Shown: one piece after another, positions 58,631 through 64,000 of the stretch
Layout of the letters: each line of letters begins with the position of its first letter
Numbering within the stretch: the stretch's first letter is position 1
Origin: Spirosomataceae bacterium
Lineage (GTDB): Bacteria; Bacteroidota; Bacteroidia; Cytophagales; Spirosomataceae
Length of the DNA stretch: 64,000 nucleotides
Assembly: GCA_046295175.1 (NCBI GenBank)
Contig: JBKBNY010000004.1
Coordinates: 35,765-99,764 of the forward strand
Reading direction: 5' to 3'
Notes under the pieces: model-generated
What the model saw: only the letters and a program-made list of their open reading frames with translations
Told to the model about the DNA's origin: nothing
Database searches by the model: none
Translations under genes and position numbers: made by a program

Positions 58631-59545
58631 TCACTTATCAGGATTCAACAAATCATAGAATTGGTCAAGTTTAGGCATCAAAATGATTCTGGTACGGCGG
58701 TTTGTTGCACGACCTTCTGGTGAATCATTCGATGTGAGTGTGTTAAACTCTCCTCTACCCGCTGCAATCAATTTATTTGGGTCGATTCCGAAATCTTTTT
58801 GCAATGCTCTAACAACCGATGTAGAACGTTTTACGCTCAAATCCCAGTTGTCATCGATACAATCAGTATTGATTTTCACATTGTCGGTATAACCTTCAAC
58901 CATCACTTCAAGTTCTGGTCTTGATTTTACGATTTGTGCGATTTTTTCTAAAACAGTATTGGCATTTGAAGTAATCTTGTAGCTTCCGCTCTTGAAAAGC
59001 ATTTTGTCAGAAAGATTAACCATTACAACTGTTTTGTCAACTTTTACCTCAACGTCTTGCTCTTCAATACCGCTGCTCAAAACTTTTGTGAGATTAACCG
59101 CTAAAGCAAGATTAATCGAATCAGCTTTGGTTTTGGCTGCTTGAAGACGACCAATATAGCGGTCTTTTTGAGCCAATTGAGCCAAAGTTTTGTCGATGTT
59201 GTCATTGGCAGCTTTTGACAATACAGTAAGATTACCAACTTGCTCCATTTGTTTGTCTCTCAAAGAGCGTAAATCAGCGATTTGGTCTTTCAAATCATTG
59301 ATTTGTTGTTCTCTTTGTTGAACCTGAGACAAAGCTGCTACACGTTGGCTTTCGGTGTCTTGCTGTGTTTTTGACATTGCTTCAAGCTTAGTTTTATAAT
59401 CTTGAACCGTGTCGCCACATTTAACTAAATCACTTTGAGCTTTGTCGTACTGAGATTGGAGTTCTGTAAATTTTTTCTTCGCAACACATGAAGACATCAT
59501 TGCTCCGACAAATAATACAAACAGGGGTTTTTGCAAACTTTTCAT
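58631..59545 (-). CDS. OmpA-family lipoprotein (coiled-coil + OmpA_C peptidoglycan-binding domain)
   Basis: 304 aa with a lipobox (..MMSSC), a Gln/Lys-rich coiled coil, and C-terminal GYTDN..DNWDLSVKRS..NRRTRIIL. Confidence 0.85.
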   Translation of the reverse strand: MKSLQKPLFVLFVGAMMSSCVAKKKFTELQSQYDKAQSDLVKCGDTVQDYKTKLEAMSKTQQDTESQRVAALSQVQQREQQINDLKDQIADLRSLRDKQMEQVGNLTVLSKAANDNIDKTLAQLAQKDRYIGRLQAAKTKADSINLALAVNLTKVLSSGIEEQDVEVKVDKTVVMVNLSDKMLFKSGSYKITSNANTVLEKIAQIVKSRPELEVMVEGYTDNVKINTDCIDDNWDLSVKRSTSVVRALQKDFGIDPNKLIAAGRGEFNTLTSNDSPEGRATNRRTRIILMPKLDQFYDLLNPDK

Positions 59546-59676
59546 TTTAGAATAAAATAATCTGGTTTAGGTTGTCACTATCGTAGTCTGAGCTACAAAG
59601 TTCGTAATAATATTGCTGTTTAAAAATTATTAAAAAGTAAATATCGACTACAATCGCTAAAATTCTGACGTAATAG

Positions 59677-59712
59677 AAAAAAACAATAGCCTAACCATAT
59701 CGGCAAGGCTGT
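59677..59712 (-). terminator. Weak hairpin plus T-run downstream of the LytTR/membrane-protein operon
   Basis: AGCCT (59688-59692) pairs with AGGCT (59706-59710). On the minus strand it is followed by TTGTTTTTTT. Confidence 0.35.
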
Positions 59713-59770
59713 GTCTCCTAAACTAAATACCCCGTTTTGTAATAATATTTTTATGAAAATACAAGAATTA

Positions 59771-60055
59771 CTAATTCCATCTGGGATTTGTAATAAGTAT
59801 TAAAAGAATAAACAATAAATAAATCAATGAAGGAATTGCTGTAACAGCAAGTAATAATTTTGCAATAAATAGTTTATTATTTTGATGTAAAAAATAGCCA
59901 CCGACTAAAATCAAAACTTGTGCGATTATCAAAAACAGCCACAAACCCAAATTAAAATTAGAGACTGAGCCATCGGCAATCCCGATTATGAAAAAATAAA
60001 ATGTGACAATCAATGCAAGAATGTCGATAACCAAAAAGCTTCTATATAGTATCAT
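59771..60055 (-). CDS. Small 3-TM membrane protein, translationally coupled to the LytTR regulator
   Basis: The track ORF starts at 60091 (106 aa). The in-frame ATG at 60055 (MILYRSFLVIDILALIV.., 94 aa) forms an ATGA overlap with the LytTR stop codon. Three hydrophobic helices and no recognisable family. Confidence 0.5.
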   Translation of the reverse strand: MILYRSFLVIDILALIVTFYFFIIGIADGSVSNFNLGLWLFLIIAQVLILVGGYFLHQNNKLFIAKLLLAVTAIPSLIYLLFILLILITNPRWN

Positions 60056-60384
60056 TGGATTTCTGAATTTTTCAGACAAAATGAATCCCATCTTCGTCTC
60101 GAAACTTGCAATACCATTTTGTCTGTCATGGTAATTTTTTTATCTGTTTGGTCGATGTCTTTCACATATTTTGTGTTAATGATAAAAGATTTACTTACTC
60201 TTAAAAAGTTATCTGGCAAAACTTTGTTATAAACCCCAATTGTATAGGCCATCATCTCCTTTCGGCCAGTTTTAAATACAAAACAAGTGTAGTTGAGATT
60301 TCCTTCAAGACGAATAATTTCATCATTGGCGTGTTTAAGGAGGCTTTCGTGCTTACGATTTGGTTTTCTAAATTTAGTTTTCAT
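60052..60384 (-). CDS. Stand-alone LytTR DNA-binding protein (no receiver domain)
   Basis: 110 aa with IIRLEGNLNYTCFVFKTG.., FLRVSKSFIINTKYVKDI and VLQVSRRR, which are LytTR-domain signatures. Confidence 0.75.
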   Translation of the reverse strand: MKTKFRKPNRKHESLLKHANDEIIRLEGNLNYTCFVFKTGRKEMMAYTIGVYNKVLPDNFLRVSKSFIINTKYVKDIDQTDKKITMTDKMVLQVSRRRWDSFCLKNSEIQ

Positions 60385-60481
60385 GTTGTTTTCTTAATGG
60401 CGAAACATTATTAATTGATTTACAATAAGTTGGGGGGTAATAATTATTTTCTGGCTATTTAGAATTGTTAAGAGGTTAGTT

Positions 60482-60531
60482 GCGATTCATATTTAGGTAA
60501 AACAACCCTAACAGCGATTCAAAATTGGTAA
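60482..60531. repeat. Imperfect ~18-nt direct repeat, 32-bp start-to-start
   Basis: GCGATTCATATTTAGGTAA (60482-60500) and GCGATTCAAAATTGGTAA (60514-60531), lying 100-150 bp upstream of the LytTR gene start. Confidence 0.4.
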
Positions 60532-60715
60532 CTATTTTCATTTAAATGTATTTTTTTGAGTCGAACAGCTGAAAATAAACATCGAAGCGTATAAATTAAA
60601 AAATGAATCGTTTTTTTCAATTTTTGCCTAAAAACCATAAAAAACAACTCATTACATATCTAACACAATTTAAATCTTCGTAAATGTTAGGATTCCAGGT
60701 GCTAATCAAATTGAA

Positions 60716-60742
60716 GTCAAGTTTTGTCAAGTAGGGGCAAGT
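60716..60742. repeat. Three helically phased (10-bp period) copies of GTCAAGT/GGCAAGT
   Basis: GTCAAGT at 60716 and 60726, GGCAAGT at 60736, about 170-200 bp upstream of the ATG at 60914. Confidence 0.4.
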
Positions 60743-60878
60743 AATTCAACTCAAAAACCAGGCATCAATATGAGATTAACAATCAACAAATAAATCACTT
60801 CGTTACATAAAAATTACATTTCAATGCTTCTTTTGGACAATTCAATTTAAAAAAATTTAGCACTAAATTCATTCATCT

Positions 60879-60886
60879 CAATTTTG
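60879..60886 (+). promoter_or_regulatory. Near-consensus -7 box (CAATTTTG)
   Basis: One mismatch to TAnnTTTG, 28 nt upstream of the ATG at 60914. Confidence 0.3.
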
Positions 60887-60913
60887 TCCAATAAATCAAT
60901 AAATTTTATACCC

Positions 60914-61831
60914 ATGAAAAAAATCTTTTTTACGTTATCTCTAAATTTCGTACTCTTAACTAATCTTTATTCTCAATCTGGAACAATGTTGCCAGATGGT
61001 TTTATTGTTCCAGTATCTGTTACAGTGCCAACTTGCACGGCAAACGATAAAGGTAAAATGTATTATAATACAACATCAGGTTTAAGAGTTTGTGATGGAA
61101 CAACTTGGAAGTATGTTGAAAGTCCTTGGAGTTTTAACCTAAATGCCCCAAATACAATTAGTGCTGGTGGCAAAGTTGGTATTAATAATACTTCACCTGC
61201 ATACGAATTAGATGTAGTCGGTACTATTCGCACCAACGGAAATCTTTATGCCAACAACATTGGTATTGGTACTACAAATACATCTTTTGGCTTGCAAGTA
61301 GTAGATGGAGACATTGCCATCACAAGTACAGCTGACAGCAAAACATGGAAATTCAATTATGATGATGCCAATAATTGGTTAGCAATTCAAGAAAACGGCA
61401 CTACTCGGATGGTAATTGCCAATGGCGGGAATGTTGGGATTGGTTCTACAAACCCAACTACCAAATTGCAGGTAGATGGTACGGGTAGTTTTACAGGAAA
61501 CTTAACTGTAAACAATGGCAAGGGAATAGTACGAACAAATACTGCAAACTCAATTAAATTGCACACAGCCGCACATAATTTGGGGGCAAGTTTTACCACT
61601 ACCTCTGGCGGGTGTAGTACAAGTACACTTAATATTGCATCTGTTGGATACACATCTGCACCGACAGCATACGTTGGGAATTTTGTTTCGGGAAGTGGTA
61701 ATTTTGGGCAACTTATAGCTCAAGTTCAGTCAACTTCAACCACTCAAGTAGTTGTCAGATTTTGTAATAATACGGCAAGTAGTATTACCTTGACAAATGC
61801 AGTTTTTAATATTTTAATGATGGGTCAATAG
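60914..61831 (+). CDS. Secreted tail-fibre-like / lectin-like protein, paralogue 1
   Basis: The ATG at 60914 gives the signal peptide MKKIFFTLSLNFVLLTNLYSQ (the track start 60884 is a TTG). It has a Cys..GKMYYN..C.G..W motif, repeated (V/I)GIG(T/S)TNP..KL.V-type motifs and a C-terminal Cys pair. Confidence 0.6.
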   Translation: MKKIFFTLSLNFVLLTNLYSQSGTMLPDGFIVPVSVTVPTCTANDKGKMYYNTTSGLRVCDGTTWKYVESPWSFNLNAPNTISAGGKVGINNTSPAYELDVVGTIRTNGNLYANNIGIGTTNTSFGLQVVDGDIAITSTADSKTWKFNYDDANNWLAIQENGTTRMVIANGGNVGIGSTNPTTKLQVDGTGSFTGNLTVNNGKGIVRTNTANSIKLHTAAHNLGASFTTTSGGCSTSTLNIASVGYTSAPTAYVGNFVSGSGNFGQLIAQVQSTSTTQVVVRFCNNTASSITLTNAVFNILMMGQ

Positions 61832-61931
61832 AACATTCAATCTCATAAAATTAAAAGATTGACAAAGAATCACTTAAAGTATTAATTCTTTTATAAACAC
61901 AAAATCTCAGGTCAGAGATAAAAGAGAAATC

Positions 61932-62831
61932 ATGAAAACTTTCAAAATAATACTTACAATAATTTTTATTTCATCAAATCTAATGGCTCAGTTTACTGTA
62001 ATGCAACCCGAAACATTCAAATTGAGCGTTGTAGATAACTATCCATGCGAAGCTGGACAAACTGGAAAAATATTCTTCAATAATACTCAAAATAATATTG
62101 TCTATTGCGAAGGTTTAAATATAACTCAACAAGCTGGTGAATATTGGGATGAGGTTGGACTCAATAAAATAAATTATATGGGTAAAATTGGCATTGGCTT
62201 GAATTTACCAAATTATGAATTAGATGTGAGTGGGTTTATAAATACCACAAATTTAGTTTCAACTCAGTTAGGAATAGGTACAACCACCCCAACTGAGAAA
62301 GTAGAATTATTGAATAGGTCAATCGCATTTTCAAGTACAGCCGACCTAACAACGTATAGAATTACCTATCAAGACGCAGCCGATAGATTAGATTTTATTG
62401 AGGGTGGAATTTCAAGAATATTGATTGCTAATGGCGGTAATGTCAGTTTTGGTTCGACGCCTTCAAGTAGTAAGCTATATATAAGCGGTGATGTTAATTA
62501 TGACGGTAATCTAAGTATTGAAGGTAAGGGCATTCTCTATAACAATACTTCACAACAACTTAGGCTAATTACTAATACTTTTTCGACTGGAAATATATCA
62601 ATTTTGAACAATGCTTGTATAACATGGGGGTTCAGTTTCCCATCTAATAGCTTTACTTCAGCACCCGCAGTAGCAATCGGCAATCTCGTATCTGGAACTT
62701 ATACTGGTGAAGTAGTTATCAGTGTTGAAAACGCAACATCGAGTGGTGCTACTGCAAGGTTTTGCAATCATTCTGGCGGGGGATTAAATTTATCTAATTT
62801 TACTTTTGCATATTTTGCTATTGGTCAGTAA
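61932..62831 (+). CDS. Secreted tail-fibre-like / lectin-like protein, paralogue 2
   Basis: 299 aa with a signal peptide. It is colinear with paralogue 1: YELDV.G, LGIGTTTP, STAD, IANGGNV.FGST, KGI, FTSAPA, RFCN and a terminal GQ. Confidence 0.6.
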   Translation: MKTFKIILTIIFISSNLMAQFTVMQPETFKLSVVDNYPCEAGQTGKIFFNNTQNNIVYCEGLNITQQAGEYWDEVGLNKINYMGKIGIGLNLPNYELDVSGFINTTNLVSTQLGIGTTTPTEKVELLNRSIAFSSTADLTTYRITYQDAADRLDFIEGGISRILIANGGNVSFGSTPSSSKLYISGDVNYDGNLSIEGKGILYNNTSQQLRLITNTFSTGNISILNNACITWGFSFPSNSFTSAPAVAIGNLVSGTYTGEVVISVENATSSGATARFCNHSGGGLNLSNFTFAYFAIGQ

Positions 62832-62866
62832 GTTGTAGAAATTACTTTATTTTCAATGTTAGTAGT

Positions 62867-62874
62867 ATTTTTGT
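62867..62874 (+). promoter_or_regulatory. -7 promoter box (TATTTTTG)
   Basis: Matches TAnnTTTG, 81 nt upstream of the ATG at 62955. It is bracketed by a 10-bp inverted repeat TTTTCAATGT (62849-62858) / ACATTGAAAA (62912-62921). Confidence 0.4.
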
Positions 62875-62954
62875 TTGCTCGTGAAATTCACAACAATCAA
62901 ATACATTGAAAATAAAGCATATTTCATCAAATCGAAAAGCCAAAAGTTAAAACT

Positions 62955-64000
62955 ATGAAAGCTAAAAATCAACTCCAAGAACTTCGTGAATTATCATCAA
63001 GGTTTCCAATGTCAATGAGTAATGAAGATTTTGAAAGACTTAATGTAATTTACCATTATGCAGTTGAAAATTTAGAAGACCCACATGCAATGTTTACTTA
63101 CTCGATTGCCAAAGCAATGAGAAAACATTTTGAGTCAAAACAAACTAATGAGCATATTTATTTACAAAGATTTGAAATTCCACAAATCCGTCTGTTTGAA
63201 TTGCTTATTCAACAATTCCCTCTTGCCAATTTAAGTCAAAATTGTATAAATACATTATTGATAGATGCTCTAAAAAACCTTACCAATCCGGTATTGATGG
63301 ATATTGGAATAGGTACGGGCTTTCAAGTAACAAATATCATTGCTGGTCTCAAAAAACTTCAAGATTGCAAAATTCAAAACCTCACAATTATTGGTATAGA
63401 ACCCTTCGCTGATGCACTGAATACTGCTGAAAAGAATATTTTTGAAGCAAGTTTAAATGCAAAATTCAAAATAGAATTAATTTCTAAAGAAGCATTTATT
63501 GAGCAATTATCGATTAGTGATATTGAGAACTTATTGCCTCAATCAAATGATGGAATATATGTAAATGCCTCGTTTGCTCTTCATCATATTCAGACGGCTG
63601 AAAATAGAAAATCAGTATTTGAAAATTTGAAATCACTCAAAATTTCTGCTTTTGCATTGAGCGAACCCAACTCTAATCATTTTGAAAAAAACTACCAAAA
63701 GAGATTTGATAATTGTATCAATCATTACGGCACGCTGTTCAGAATAATTGATTCGCTTCCAATCTCAAATCACGAAAAAGCTGCATTAAAGCTATTTTTT
63801 AGTAGAGAAATTGATGATGTTTTGGGTAATAAAGAAGATGTTAGAATTGAAAAACACTATGCTACCGAGCAATGGGTTAGATTGTTTGAAGAAACTGGAT
63901 TCAAATTAGTAAAAAAAGAATCTCAATTTGAGATAACCGAATTAAATGGAACAATTCTTAATACGGAGCTTCCCAACCGTTATTCAACCGAATTTGAAGG
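62955..64000 (+). CDS. Bacterial GRAS-family (Rossmann-fold methyltransferase-like) protein, 3' end truncated by the window edge
   Basis: This ORF is absent from the supplied track because it runs off the window. My translation from the ATG at 62955 is open to 64000 (348 codons). VLMDIGIGTGFQ...LTIIGIEP parallels the plant VHIID motif (vHIiDf.i..G.QW...lRITGI). RIEKHYATEQWVRLFEETGFKLV parallels the GRAS ERHE..W...aGF block. Confidence 0.6.
   Translation, partial: MKAKNQLQELRELSSRFPMSMSNEDFERLNVIYHYAVENLEDPHAMFTYSIAKAMRKHFESKQTNEHIYLQRFEIPQIRLFELLIQQFPLANLSQNCINTLLIDALKNLTNPVLMDIGIGTGFQVTNIIAGLKKLQDCKIQNLTIIGIEPFADALNTAEKNIFEASLNAKFKIELISKEAFIEQLSISDIENLLPQSNDGIYVNASFALHHIQTAENRKSVFENLKSLKISAFALSEPNSNHFEKNYQKRFDNCINHYGTLFRIIDSLPISNHEKAALKLFFSREIDDVLGNKEDVRIEKHYATEQWVRLFEETGFKLVKKESQFEITELNGTILNTELPNRYSTEFE

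Noticed and set aside
61387-61653. 88-aa antisense ORF in tail-fibre-like paralogue 1
   Set aside because: It is a shadow ORF. The plus-strand frame is supported by paralogy with the next gene.
1-64000. CRISPR arrays, rRNA/tRNA genes, IS elements, integrases and prophage blocks
   Set aside because: Reading through the intergenic regions and ORF translations, I found no regularly spaced repeats, no transposase or integrase motifs and no structural-RNA signatures. This absence is a judgement by eye and should be confirmed with tRNAscan-SE, Infernal and ISfinder-type searches.

Overview
AT-rich chromosomal segment, by eye roughly mid-30s % GC (not computed). It is almost certainly from a member of the Bacteroidota. 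Support: several TAnnTTTG-type -7 promoter boxes, a T9SS C-terminal sorting domain, a GH109 enzyme, a DUF1800/DUF1501 pair, LytTR regulators and a TonB-dependent receptor.

Most of the window is ordinary core or metabolic content:
- porin-amt operon, ferredoxin, LuxC-like acyl-CoA reductase, rpmI-rplT, dnaK;
- a LytS/LytTR two-component pair;
- a divergent maltodextrin locus (two GH13 amylases, an SLC45-type MFS transporter, pgmB, GH65 maltose phosphorylase);
- trxA, dnaE, trpS, a PAP2 phosphatase, a large BNR/sortilin-like protein, a TonB-dependent receptor, an ECF sigma with an anti-sigma-like partner, an EEP nuclease/phosphatase and an OmpA-family lipoprotein.

I recognised no rRNA, tRNA, CRISPR array, transposase or integrase.

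The parts I consider worth a second look:
1. 29.8-36.3 kb: three predicted amide-bond ligases (RimK-like ATP-grasp, YbdK/GCS2 carboxylate-amine ligase, a second ATP-grasp-like protein) with a class-I glutamine amidotransferase/peptidase-C26-like protein, a class-III aminotransferase and an esterase. It also holds a perfect 61-nt nested palindrome.
2. 59.8-64.0 kb (right end): a stand-alone LytTR regulator translationally coupled (ATGA) to a small 3-TM protein, which is the LytTR-regulatory-system architecture. A 0.5-kb repeat-bearing intergenic region faces two tandem paralogous secreted tail-fibre-like proteins, followed by a bacterial GRAS-like Rossmann methyltransferase homologue truncated by the window edge.
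3. A terminator-flanked multi-TM + cPLA2/patatin-like lipase gene next to dnaK.
4. A DUF1800/DUF1501 pair in which the DUF1501 protein carries both a twin-arginine signal and a T9SS C-terminal domain.

All functional calls rest on motif recognition in the supplied translations, not on database searches.
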